Made by a program: the position numbers and the translations under genes
Notes under the pieces: generated by a model
Told to the model about the DNA's origin: nothing
Database searches by the model: none
Seen by the model: only the letters and a program-made list of their open reading frames with translations
Shown: positions 19,572 through 28,172 of the stretch, one piece after another
How positions within the stretch are numbered: the first letter of the stretch is position 1
Layout: each line of letters begins with the position of its first letter
DNA from: Acidobacteria bacterium RIFCSPLOWO2_02_FULL_65_29
GTDB taxonomy: Bacteria > Acidobacteriota > Vicinamibacteria > Vicinamibacterales > CAVVIG01
Assembly: GCA_001767435.1 (NCBI GenBank)
Contig: MEKT01000147.1
Span: 25,281-89,280 of the forward strand
Direction: 5' to 3'
DNA: 64,000 bases

Positions 19572-19937
19572 CTATGCATGGTCGCTGCCCCAGTCCAGCA
19601 CGCCCTTGCGCCAGACGTAGGCGTAGCCGGCCGCGAGCAGCAGCATGAACAGCACCACCTGCGCGAAGCCGTTCCAGCCGAGATCGCGCAGCGCCATCGC
19701 CCAGGGATAGAGAAACGCCACCTCGATGTCGAAGAGGAGAAAGATCATCGCGACCAGATAGAACTTCACCGACTGGCGCTCGCGGGCGTTGCCGACCGGG
19801 GGCATGCCGCATTCGTAGGGCGCGGCTTTCTCAGGCGTCGGCTTGTGCGGCCCGAGGACGCTCGACAGCACGATCGACACGAGCGCGAAACCCGCGCCGA
19901 GGGCGATCATGATGAGGATGGAAAACCAGCCTTGCAT
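19572..19937 (-). CDS. nuoA: NADH-quinone oxidoreductase subunit A
   Basis: 121 aa. …[40 protein letters not shown]… signature. First gene of the operon. Confidence 0.93.
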   Translation of the reverse strand: MQGWFSILIMIALGAGFALVSIVLSSVLGPHKPTPEKAAPYECGMPPVGNARERQSVKFYLVAMIFLLFDIEVAFLYPWAMALRDLGWNGFAQVVLFMLLLAAGYAYVWRKGVLDWGSDHA

Positions 19938-20015
19938 GGTGGTGTTCTAACGGGCGCGGGCGTGCTTGTGAACGATTTCGCAAGCGCCCCTCATGCTATC
20001 ACGAGGACCAAACGA

Positions 20016-21746
20016 TCAAATGACCAGATGATCCATTTCCCATGGGTAGCCGGGCAACGTGGTGAGGCGCGTGTCCTCGACGGGAGCGCCCACGCTGAAG
20101 TGGTACAGGCTCTGAAACGCGTGGCCGTGAAGACCCAGCACGTCGTGGACCGGATCGTCGTAGAAACAGCCGATCCCGGTCGCGCGCGCGCCCGCGGCCT
20201 CGGCTTCGAGATACAGGAGCTGGCCGATGAAGCCGGTCTCCCAGAACAGCTGACGATAGAAAGACGGCCCGTGCTCGTCCAGGCTCGCGTCGAACTCCGC
20301 GACCATGCCGAGACTGAAGAAGCCGTCGGCCGCAATCGCCTGGTCGCAGCTCAGTCGCGAGGCCAGCGCCCGGGAGTCGCCCTTCGCCAGGCACACGAGC
20401 GGCGGCTCGTCACTCGCCGGCTCCCACAGGAACTCGCGACCCATTGCGGCGCGAAGCGGCGCAAGCGCCGCTGGATCGCGCGGCAGCAGATACAACCCGG
20501 GCGCGACCGCGTCGACGCGATGGACGAACAGCGCCAGGTGCACGCGCGGGCGCCACCAGAGCGCGTCCCACGGCGGACGATCGTCGGGCATCACGGCCGC
20601 GAGCATCGCGAAGAACGCGTCCCGATCGATTGACGATTGGCCGTCGAAGGCGACGGCGCTGCGACGCTGAAGAAAGAGAGCGCGTGCGGAGCCCCACCCC
20701 CGGCGCGAGCTTTCGCTGATGCCTCGACCTTCGACCGGCTCAGGTCGACCCTGAGCGGCGTCGAAGGGTCGCCTTCCGGCTCGGCATGGCCGCAGGCGCT
20801 CCCCGGTCTGCGCGGCTGCGGTTCCAGGGTCTTCAGTGGCCCGCGCAATCTCGTCGATGAACGTCCACTGGACATGGTCCTGGCTCAACTGGCTCGCGCG
20901 GCCGGACCAGACCCCTGCCTTCGCCATGGTCGCGAATCGGTCGGCGGCGTACTCGATCGGCCCGGCGGCGTTCGGCCCAATCGCCAGCACGCATTCGGGC
21001 TCCTCACGCTCGACGTCGGCGAAATCCTCGTCGCGATCGATACCGGTCAGCGCCGCGATGGCGCGGTGGGACCACGCGGGCAGCAGGCGCGCGCGCCAGC
21101 CAATGGCGGCCGCCGATGCCACGAGCGCCGCCACGGCGTGGCCGAGATCGTGCTGACAGTACCGGAACGCGCGCTCGCCGTACTTCCACGACTCACGCCA
21201 ATGGATTGACGTCAGCGCCACGAGCAGGAGATCGTCGAGGCCGCTCGAGGCATCGGCCCAGGAGATCTGATCGATGGCGCACCGCAATTCGAGCGCGTGA
21301 CGGTCGGCGGCGTAGTGATAGACCGCAGGCACTCCTGCAAGCGCGGCCACCGCCCTCGTCGCCACGTAGGCTTCGGTTGGATGCAGGTTGCCGCTCGACG
21401 GATTGCAACGCAGCGACCAGCGTGACCCGACGGGCTCGCGACGAATCTGTTTCCACGCCGATAGGCCGAGGGCGTGTCGCAGCAGGTCGCCAATGGCCTC
21501 CGCGCCGATGGGCTCGACGCGATCCGATGGCTCGAACAGCCGGTCGTAGAGGATCGCGCGCGGCGCATAGAGGGAGCCGTCGGCCGCGGCGGCCGGAAAC
21601 AACGGAAAGACCGGCGCGCCGTCGAACGACCGAAACGGATTGGGCTGGGATGCCCAGTCGAGATAGCCGAGCGACCGGGCGAACTGCCGGAAATTGTGCT
21701 TCGTGCCGTCGTGGTACCGGCGAACGGCGTCAGGCGACGAGGGCAC
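20016..21746 (-). CDS. Nitroreductase-superfamily protein with two SagB/ThcOx-type dehydrogenase-like domains
   Basis: 576 aa. N-terminal RRYHDGTKHNFRQFARSLGYLDWASQPNPF is the SagB-type entry motif. A second nitroreductase-like half follows (…LFLQRRSAVAFDGQS…). The inter-domain linker carries a palindromic repeat insertion. Confidence 0.75.
   Translation of the reverse strand: MPSSPDAVRRYHDGTKHNFRQFARSLGYLDWASQPNPFRSFDGAPVFPLFPAAAADGSLYAPRAILYDRLFEPSDRVEPIGAEAIGDLLRHALGLSAWKQIRREPVGSRWSLRCNPSSGNLHPTEAYVATRAVAALAGVPAVYHYAADRHALELRCAIDQISWADASSGLDDLLLVALTSIHWRESWKYGERAFRYCQHDLGHAVAALVASAAAIGWRARLLPAWSHRAIAALTGIDRDEDFADVEREEPECVLAIGPNAAGPIEYAADRFATMAKAGVWSGRASQLSQDHVQWTFIDEIARATEDPGTAAAQTGERLRPCRAGRRPFDAAQGRPEPVEGRGISESSRRGWGSARALFLQRRSAVAFDGQSSIDRDAFFAMLAAVMPDDRPPWDALWWRPRVHLALFVHRVDAVAPGLYLLPRDPAALAPLRAAMGREFLWEPASDEPPLVCLAKGDSRALASRLSCDQAIAADGFFSLGMVAEFDASLDEHGPSFYRQLFWETGFIGQLLYLEAEAAGARATGIGCFYDDPVHDVLGLHGHAFQSLYHFSVGAPVEDTRLTTLPGYPWEMDHLVI
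20715..20790. repeat. GC-rich palindromic insert inside the nitroreductase CDS (in frame)
   Basis: cctcgaccttcgaccggctcag-GTCGAC-cctgagcggcgtcgaagggtcg is an imperfect palindrome. It translates as …RRPFDAAQGRPEPVEGRGIS… in the inter-domain linker. Confidence 0.65.
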
Positions 21747-22037
21747 TCACCGCTTCTTGGGTGACGGCGTCGCCGGCCCGGGGCCCATCGCGGCGCTGAT
21801 GCGACGATCGACCTCTTCGAGGGCCTGTCCGATCTGCGCGCGGCGCCGTTCGTGGCTGGTCGCCGTCAGCTGCCCCTCGAGCTCCGTGCGGGCCAGCCTC
21901 AGCGACTCGAGCGCGCGGACCTCTTCCGGATTCTTGATCCTGGCCGCACGCCCTTGCAGCCGCTCGCGCGACAGGTCTTCCATTCGTTCCTGAATTCTGG
22001 ACTCTGCGTCGATCAATCCCTCGCCGGCGTCACCCAT
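21747..22037 (-). CDS. Small charged coiled-coil protein (hypothetical)
   Basis: 96 aa, E/R-rich heptad-like sequence. Its stop abuts the start of the nitroreductase gene (21746/21747), indicating an operon. Confidence 0.55.
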   Translation of the reverse strand: MGDAGEGLIDAESRIQERMEDLSRERLQGRAARIKNPEEVRALESLRLARTELEGQLTATSHERRRAQIGQALEEVDRRISAAMGPGPATPSPKKR

Positions 22038-22063
22038 TCGGTACTCTCCAAGAAGAAGTCAGC

Positions 22064-22145
22064 GTTCACAGTCGACAGTTGACAGTCCGATGCGGATGCC
22101 CAGACCGTCGAGGCGGGACGGGACTGTCAACTGTGAACTGTCAAC
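22064..22145. repeat. Large hairpin, ACAGTCGAC/TTGACAG word family
   Basis: acagttgacagtc (22075-22087) pairs perfectly with gactgtcaactgt (22122-22134), with a 34-nt loop. The flanking arms gttcacagtcgac / gaactgtcaac extend it imperfectly. Lies in a divergent spacer. A TATAAT on the minus strand is at 22161-22166. Confidence 0.8.
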
Positions 22146-22168
22146 CAACAGTCCGCTCACATTATAAG

Positions 22169-25100
22169 ATGCCCGCGATGAGCCGACGGGGACGATTTGA
22201 CCCGCTTGCGCTGTTTCACGCGCCGGTGCGCGAGTGGTTTGCGACGGCCTTCGGACAGCCGACCCGCTCGCAGGCACTCGGCTGGCCGGTTATCGCACGC
22301 GGTCGGTCGTCGCTCATCCTCGCGCCCACCGGCAGCGGCAAGACCCTGGCGGCGTTTCTCTGGTGCCTGGACCGGTTGATGTTCTCGCCGCCGCCCGTCA
22401 GGGAGCGGCGCTGCCGCGTGCTGTACGTCTCCCCGCTCAAAGCGCTGGCCGTTGACGTCGAGCGTAACCTGCGCGTCCCGCTCGAGGGCATCGCCCGGAC
22501 TGCCGGGTCGCTGGGGAGGCCGTATACCACACCGGAAGTCGCCATCCGAACGGGCGACACACCCGCCGCCGCACGCGCGCGGTTTCAACGGGAGCCGGCC
22601 GACATCCTCATTACCACGCCGGAATCGCTGTACTTGCTGCTGACCTCGAACGCCCGCGACGCGCTCCGCGGCGTGGACACGGTCATCATCGACGAGATTC
22701 ACGCGCTCGTGCCTACCAAGCGCGGCGCGCATCTCGCGGTCTCGCTCGAGCGCCTGGCGGCCAGGTGCGATCAGCCGCCGCAGCGAATCGGACTCTCCGC
22801 GACTCAGCGTCCGCTCGACGAGGTGGCCAGGTTTCTCGGTGGGGCGATGGCGGCGAACGGTCGTCGCACGTCGCACGTCGTCGGTCGCCAGTCGGTCACA
22901 AGCCGAAGGCCACAAGTTGAGATCGAGAGCGAATTTTCCGGGCGCCAGGGCGCCGTCCGCTATCGTCCGGTGTCGATCGTCGACTCAGGACAGACGAAAG
23001 CGCTCAGCCTGCGGATCGAGGTGCCTGTCGAGGACATGGCAAGACCCGAAGCGGGAGGTGCCGCTCAGCCGTCCATTTGGGCGGCGATTCATCCGCGGCT
23101 CGTGGAGCTCATCCGCGCGCACCGCTCCACGCTCCTCTTCGTCAACAGCCGGCGCCTCGCCGAACGGCTGGCTGGCGCAATCAACGAGCTGGCGGGCGAG
23201 ACGCTCGCCCGGTCGCACCACGGATCGATCGCGCGCGAGCAGCGCGTGGAGATCGAAGAGCTCCTCAAGGCGGGCGGGCTGCGGGCGCTCGTGGCCACCT
23301 CGTCGCTCGAGCTCGGGATCGACATGGGCGCCATCGACCTCGTCATCCAGATCGAAGCGCCTCCTTCGGTCGCGAGCGGCCTGCAGCGCATCGGCCGCGG
23401 CGGCCACCGGATCGACGCGGTCAGCGAGGGGATCATTTTCCCCAAGTACCGCGGCGATCTCCTGGCCTCGGCCGCGGTGGCGAAGGCCATGCACGACGGC
23501 GCCGTCGAGGCGACGCGCTATCCTCGCAACCCGCTCGACATCGTCGCCCAACAGATCGTGGCCATGGCCGCGATGGATCGCTGGGACGAAGACGAGCTCT
23601 TCGCGACGCTTCGGTCGGCGGCGCCGTTTGCCGAGCTCGGCCGCGAGGCATTCGAGGGCGTCCTCGACATGCTGTCGGGCCGCTACCCGTCGGACGAGTT
23701 CGCCGAGCTTCGACCGCGCATCACCTGGGATCGCCGCGGGCGCACGGTGACCGCACGTGAGGGCGCGAAGCGCGTCGCGATCGTGAACGGCGGCACGATT
23801 CCCGATCGTGGTCTCTACGGCGTCTACCTCCTCGGCGCGCCGCCGGGTGCCGCCCGCGTCGGCGAGCTCGACGAGGAGATGGTCTTCGAAACGCCCGTCG
23901 GCCAGACGTTCGTGCTCGGCGCCTCGGCGTGGCGCGTGGCCGAGATCACGCACGATCGCGTGCTCGTGACGCCGGCGCCGGGCGAGCCGGCCAAGATGCC
24001 GTTCTGGAAAGGCGACCGCTCCGGGCGACCGCTCGAGCTCGGCCTCGCCATCGGACGGCTGACCTACGACCTGCTGCACATGCCGCACGCGGCGGCCATG
24101 CACCTGTTGACCCGTGAACACGATCTCGACGAAGGCGCCGCCCACAACCTCCTTCAGTACCTGAACGATCAGCGCGCAGCCGCCGGTCACGTTCCCGATG
24201 CGTCCACCATCGTCATCGAACGGGTGCGCGACGAGCTCGGCGACTGGCGGGTGTGCGTGCTCTCGCCTCGCGGCGGGCGCGTTCACGCGCCGTGGGCCAT
24301 GGCAGCCTCCGCCAGGATTCGCGAAGCCACCGGCGTCGACGTCGACACCATCTGGGGCGATGAAGGGTTCGTGGTGAGATTTCCGGACGTGGACCGGCCG
24401 CCGGATCCATCGCTGATGCTGCCGGATCCCGATGACGTTCAGGCGCTCGTCGTCCGCCAGCTAGGCGCGACGGCGCTCTTTGCCGGCAAGTTCCGCGAGA
24501 ACGCGGCGCGGTCGCTGCTGCTGCCCAAGCGGCGGCCGGGCATGCGAGCGCCGCTCTGGCAGCAGCGCAAGCGCGCGGCGGATCTGCTCGCCGTGGCGTC
24601 GCGCTTCGGATCGTTTCCGGTCCTGCTCGAAACGTATCGTGAATGCCTGCGCGACTTCTTCGACATGCCGGCGCTCGTCGCGACGCTGGCCGACATTCGC
24701 AGCCGGAAGGTGCGTGTCGCGACGGTCGACTCGGAGCATCCGTCCCCCTTTGCCGCGTCGCTGCTCTTCAGCTGGGTCGCAAGCTTCCTGTACGACGGCG
24801 ACGCGCCGCTGGCCGAGCGGCGCGCCCAGGCGCTGGCCGTCGACCAGGCGCAGCTGAAAGATCTGATCGGGGATGCCGAGCTTCGAGAACTGCTCGACGC
24901 CGAGGCGATCGACGCCGTCGGGCGGGAGCTGCAGCGGGTGGACGAGCGGTACCGTGCTCGAAGCGCGGACGGCGTCCACGACATGCTGCTGGCGATCGGC
25001 GATCTGACCCAGGACGAGGCGCTCGCGAGAATCCTTACGATAGAAGCGGCCGAAAGCCTCCCGTCCCTGGTTTCCGCGGGCCGGATCGCGCTGCTCCGCA

Positions 25101-27019
25101 TCGCGGGCGAGCTCAGGTACGTGGCGACGGAAGATGCCGCGCGCTATCGTGACGCGCTCGGGGCGGCCGTGCCGCCTGGGCTTCCCGCTTCTCTTCTCGA
25201 GCCGGTGCGCGATCCGCTGGGCGATCTGGCTCTGCGCTACGCGCGCACGCACGCGCCCTTCTCGGCTCATGAGCTTGCGTCACGCTACGAGCTGCCGACG
25301 GAGCGCGCCCACGACGTGCTCGCGCGCCTGACCGCCGAGAACCGGCTCCTCGAAGGCGAATTCCGGCCCGGTGGCGCCGGCCGCGAATGGACCGATGCAG
25401 GCGTGCTCCGGATGATCCGGCGGCGTTCGCTGGCGCGCGTGCGCAAGGAAATAGAACCGGTCGAGCACGCCGTGCTGGGCCGCTTCGCGACAACGTGGCA
25501 GGGCGTGGCCACGCGCCGCCGCGGCGCCGACGCGCTCCTCGATGCCGTCCAGCAGCTGCAGGGCGCCGCGCTGCCGGCGTCGATCCTCGAAACCGAGATC
25601 CTGCCGGCGCGCATCGACCAGTACGACGCCGCGGATCTCGACGCGCTCGTCGCGGCTGGCGAGATCGTGTGGGTCGGCGTCGAGCGTCTCGGCGAGGGCG
25701 ACGGGCGCGTCGCGCTCTACCTCGCGGACGATCTTGTGCGCTTGATGCCGCCGCAGCCCCGTAGGGCGGGTCCTGCGGATCCAACAACGCGTAGGGCGGG
25801 TCCTTCCACCTTCGCCCGAGGCTTCGGCGGACCGCCGAAGCTCGCCTCGGCGAGCGGAGGCCGGTTGGACCCGCCGGTTCGCGGGGAGGACCTCTCGTCC
25901 AACGACCGCGAGGGGCCGATTCTCGAATACCTCGACGTCCACGGCGCGTCGTTCTTCGCGCCGCTTCACGAGGCTGTGGGCGGCGGCTATCCGGCCGAAA
26001 CCGTCAACGCTCTCTGGAGTCTGGTCTGGCAGGGCCGTGTGACCAACGACACGCTGCAGGCGCTTCGCGCGTTCACCCGAATCGCCGCAGGGCGCCGCCG
26101 TGCGAAGCCAGCCCGAAGGCCGGCGTTTCGATCGCGCCGGCTCGTGCCGCCGGCCGGTGAAGGCCGGTGGTCGCTCGTTGGACGGGCGCTCTCGAGTCCT
26201 CCGCTCGATGCCCCGCCCAAGAAGGTCGCTGCCGCGTCTGGATCCCGCGGCACCACGGAATGGGCGGCGGCCATCTCGAAGCAGCTGCTCGCGCGGCACG
26301 GTGTACTGACACGCGAGGCGGTGGCGGCCGAATCCATTCCCGGAGGATTCGGTCTGGTGTATCCAGTATTGAAAGCGATGGAAGAGGCCGGCCGGATTCG
26401 GCGCGGCTACTTTGTCGCGGGACTCGGCGCGACGCAGTTCGCGCTGCCGGGAGCGCTCGACCTGCTGCGATCGCTTCGGGTGCCATCGGGCGACGAGCGC
26501 GCGGTGATGCTCGCGGCCGCCGATCCGGCCAACCCCTACGGCGCCACGTTGCCCTGGCCGGCCTTCGCCGCTCCCGCGGCTTCGGCCTGGCAGGCCCGCA
26601 CGTCAGGCACCGCTGCCGCTTCGGCGGGGCACGCCCGCCCATCAAGCGCCAGCGCGGCTTCGGCCGGAAGAGGACCGACGCGGACCGTCGGCGCGACGGT
26701 GATTCTCGTCGACGGCGCGCTGTGCGCGTATCTCGCGCGCGGCGACCGGTCGCTCCTGACGTGGCTCCCCGACGCCGAACCGGCGCGATCGAACGCCGCG
26801 CGCGAGGTGGCGCGGGTGCTCGTCGACCGAGCGCGAAGCCGCATCGCGGAGCCTGGCGGTGAGACGTCGGGCGATGACACACCTGAGGGATCGCCGCGTG
26901 GCATGCTGATCGAGGAGATTGACGGCGCACCCCCCGCGCTGCATCCCCTCGCGCCCGCGCTCGTCGCCGCGGGCTTCCTTCCGGGCGCCCTGGGATTCCG
27001 TGCCAACCTCGAGTCCTAA
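22169..27019 (+). CDS. lhr: ATP-dependent helicase Lhr (large helicase-related, DEAD/DEAH superfamily 2)
   Basis: Trimmed to MPAMSRRGRFDPLALFHAPVREWF... Motifs LILAPTGSGKTLAAFL (motif I), VIIDEIHALV (motif II) and a helicase C domain. About 1600 aa with the Lhr-type C-terminal extension. Confidence 0.9.
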   Translation: MPAMSRRGRFDPLALFHAPVREWFATAFGQPTRSQALGWPVIARGRSSLILAPTGSGKTLAAFLWCLDRLMFSPPPVRERRCRVLYVSPLKALAVDVERNLRVPLEGIARTAGSLGRPYTTPEVAIRTGDTPAAARARFQREPADILITTPESLYLLLTSNARDALRGVDTVIIDEIHALVPTKRGAHLAVSLERLAARCDQPPQRIGLSATQRPLDEVARFLGGAMAANGRRTSHVVGRQSVTSRRPQVEIESEFSGRQGAVRYRPVSIVDSGQTKALSLRIEVPVEDMARPEAGGAAQPSIWAAIHPRLVELIRAHRSTLLFVNSRRLAERLAGAINELAGETLARSHHGSIAREQRVEIEELLKAGGLRALVATSSLELGIDMGAIDLVIQIEAPPSVASGLQRIGRGGHRIDAVSEGIIFPKYRGDLLASAAVAKAMHDGAVEATRYPRNPLDIVAQQIVAMAAMDRWDEDELFATLRSAAPFAELGREAFEGVLDMLSGRYPSDEFAELRPRITWDRRGRTVTAREGAKRVAIVNGGTIPDRGLYGVYLLGAPPGAARVGELDEEMVFETPVGQTFVLGASAWRVAEITHDRVLVTPAPGEPAKMPFWKGDRSGRPLELGLAIGRLTYDLLHMPHAAAMHLLTREHDLDEGAAHNLLQYLNDQRAAAGHVPDASTIVIERVRDELGDWRVCVLSPRGGRVHAPWAMAASARIREATGVDVDTIWGDEGFVVRFPDVDRPPDPSLMLPDPDDVQALVVRQLGATALFAGKFRENAARSLLLPKRRPGMRAPLWQQRKRAADLLAVASRFGSFPVLLETYRECLRDFFDMPALVATLADIRSRKVRVATVDSEHPSPFAASLLFSWVASFLYDGDAPLAERRAQALAVDQAQLKDLIGDAELRELLDAEAIDAVGRELQRVDERYRARSADGVHDMLLAIGDLTQDEALARILTIEAAESLPSLVSAGRIALLRIAGELRYVATEDAARYRDALGAAVPPGLPASLLEPVRDPLGDLALRYARTHAPFSAHELASRYELPTERAHDVLARLTAENRLLEGEFRPGGAGREWTDAGVLRMIRRRSLARVRKEIEPVEHAVLGRFATTWQGVATRRRGADALLDAVQQLQGAALPASILETEILPARIDQYDAADLDALVAAGEIVWVGVERLGEGDGRVALYLADDLVRLMPPQPRRAGPADPTTRRAGPSTFARGFGGPPKLASASGGRLDPPVRGEDLSSNDREGPILEYLDVHGASFFAPLHEAVGGGYPAETVNALWSLVWQGRVTNDTLQALRAFTRIAAGRRRAKPARRPAFRSRRLVPPAGEGRWSLVGRALSSPPLDAPPKKVAAASGSRGTTEWAAAISKQLLARHGVLTREAVAAESIPGGFGLVYPVLKAMEEAGRIRRGYFVAGLGATQFALPGALDLLRSLRVPSGDERAVMLAAADPANPYGATLPWPAFAAPAASAWQARTSGTAAASAGHARPSSASAASAGRGPTRTVGATVILVDGALCAYLARGDRSLLTWLPDAEPARSNAAREVARVLVDRARSRIAEPGGETSGDDTPEGSPRGMLIEEIDGAPPALHPLAPALVAAGFLPGALGFRANLES
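25758..25885. repeat. Hairpin-repeat element inserted in frame in lhr (family B variant)
   Basis: cgtagggcgggtcc occurs twice (25760, 25790), with its complement ggacccgcc at 25867. There is a perfect 10-bp stem gcttcggcgg-a-ccgccgaagc (25821-25841). The cctccgctcgcc word is shared with the copies at 27046 and 34517. It encodes PRRAGPADPTTRRAGPSTFARGFGGPPKLASASGGRLDPPVRG. Confidence 0.75.
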
Positions 27020-27020
27020 T

Positions 27021-27170
27021 AACGTGGGGCTCCGCCCCACACCCCCCGCCTCCGCTCTTCGAGCTCCGGCGAGGCTCGCCGAAGCCTTCGGCGCAGGCGG
27101 CGGCTCGGTCGCTTGCGGGGACCCTTACGCCCCGCGCCGCTCCCTCGCAGGCGCGCCGTCCGCGCCTAGC
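27021..27170 (+). repeat. GC-rich structured dispersed repeat (family A) with a nested family B insert
   Basis: acgtggggctccgccccacacccc...ctcggtcgcttgcggggacccttacgccccgcgccgctccctcgcaggcgcgcc matches the reverse complement of 47191-47285. The copy here carries an extra ~58 bp (27046-27103) containing the cggcgag-g-ctcgccg / cgccgaag-c-cttcggcg hairpins. Confidence 0.85.
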
Positions 27171-27227
27171 TGCGGAACGAGTACACAATTCTCGTCTCGA
27201 CCAGCATAATGGGATAATGGCTCGAGA

Positions 27228-27256
27228 TTGAACAAGGACGTCGTCCTTGATAGAGT
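27228..27256 (+). promoter_or_regulatory. Candidate sigma-70-type promoter with embedded palindromic operator for vapBC
   Basis: TTGAAC (27228-33), a 17-nt spacer containing the palindrome AAGGACGTCGTCCTT (27234-48), then TAGAGT (27251-56). The GTG start is 6 nt downstream, which suggests a leaderless mRNA. Confidence 0.4.
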
Positions 27257-27262
27257 AAGGAC

Positions 27263-27550
27263 GTGTCCAAGGTGACCAGCAAGCTGCAGGTGACGGTGCC
27301 CAAAGCCATCGCCCAGCAGTTCGGCATCCGTCCGGGCACGAACCTCGACTGGCTGGCCGCCGGGGAATCCATCCGCCTCGTCCCCCCTCGCGGGCGGCCG
27401 CGCGGCCTGAGCCGCGACGCGCGCCTCGCGCTCTACGATCGGGCCACCGAACGGCAGCGCGCGCGCGACACACAACGCGCCGAAAGGGTGTCGCCGTCCG
27501 ATCGCGGCTGGACCAGGGACGACTTGTACAACCGTGGCCGCACTCGTTGA
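27263..27550 (+). CDS. vapB: AbrB/MazE/SpoVT-family antitoxin (VapB-like)
   Basis: 95 aa, MSKVTSKLQVTVPKAIAQQFGIRPGTNLDW is a swapped-hairpin AbrB-type N-terminus. Overlaps the downstream PIN gene by 17 nt. Confidence 0.8.
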   Translation: MSKVTSKLQVTVPKAIAQQFGIRPGTNLDWLAAGESIRLVPPRGRPRGLSRDARLALYDRATERQRARDTQRAERVSPSDRGWTRDDLYNRGRTR

Positions 27551-27965
27551 TACCAACATCCTCGTGTACCGGTTCGACAGCCGCTTTCCGGACAAACAGG
27601 CCGTCGCGATCGAGCTGCTTCGACGAGGAATCGCCGACGACTCAGTGCGGGTGCCGCACCAGGCCGTCGTCGAGTTCGTCGCGGCGGTGACGCGGCCGAC
27701 GGACAAGGGTCAGCCGATCTTGCCGCTCGATGCGGCGTATCGTGAAGCGGAAGAGTTCCTCAGTCAGTTCCCGGTGGTGTATCCGAACGAGGCCATGGTG
27801 CGACTGGCGCTGCGCGGCGCCGCGGCGTATCAGTTGTCGTGGTTCGACGCTCACATGTGGGCGTACGCCGAGCACTATGGATTGGACGAATTGATTTCCG
27901 AGGACTTTCAGCACGACCGACTCTACGGGACCGTGCGCGCGCTCAACCCGTTTCTCGCCGGGTAA
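27534..27965 (+). CDS. vapC: PIN-domain ribonuclease toxin (VapC-like)
   Basis: 143 aa. MAALVDTNILVYRFD (first acidic PIN residue) and …SWFDAHMWAYAEHYGLDELISEDFQH… (C-terminal acidic residues). Confidence 0.85.
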   Translation: MAALVDTNILVYRFDSRFPDKQAVAIELLRRGIADDSVRVPHQAVVEFVAAVTRPTDKGQPILPLDAAYREAEEFLSQFPVVYPNEAMVRLALRGAAAYQLSWFDAHMWAYAEHYGLDELISEDFQHDRLYGTVRALNPFLAG

Positions 27966-27986
27966 TCATCCGCACCAAGAAAGCCA

Positions 27987-28014
27987 CCGCCCACCCACGT
28001 CATCGGGCGGTTTT
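27987..28014 (+). terminator. Intrinsic terminator after vapC
   Basis: ccgccc-acccacgtcatc-gggcgg followed by TTTT. Confidence 0.5.
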
Positions 28015-28172
28015 GGGAATCCTGGATAGGAGGCGAACACCGGATCCGAGGTCAGGATGAGCAGATCTTCGATCGGTGCGCAATCAATAGACGGTCGAAA
28101 GGATCGCGGTGGTGGCGCGGCAACGCGCGACCTGTCGAACGGCGGGACCACTTTCCCGTCCAGATCTTCCGC

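Noticed and set aside
22079-22168. N-terminal 30 codons of the 1646-aa Lhr ORF
   Set aside because: They translate the intergenic hairpin repeat (LSTVNCQPTV). The conserved Lhr N-terminus begins at MPAMSRRGRFDPL (22169).
22157-27473. Multiple long minus-strand or off-frame ORFs inside lhr (for example 22985..24286, 25280..26299, 26073..27473)
   Set aside because: Composition-driven open frames. Only the plus-strand lhr frame shows helicase motifs I/II and a continuous protein-like sequence.
27966-28172. Small ORFs (27839..28060, 27966..28151, 28057..28239) between vapC and kinase 1
   Set aside because: They are short and overlapping, with no motifs or RBS. The region is better explained as a terminator plus 3' UTR.
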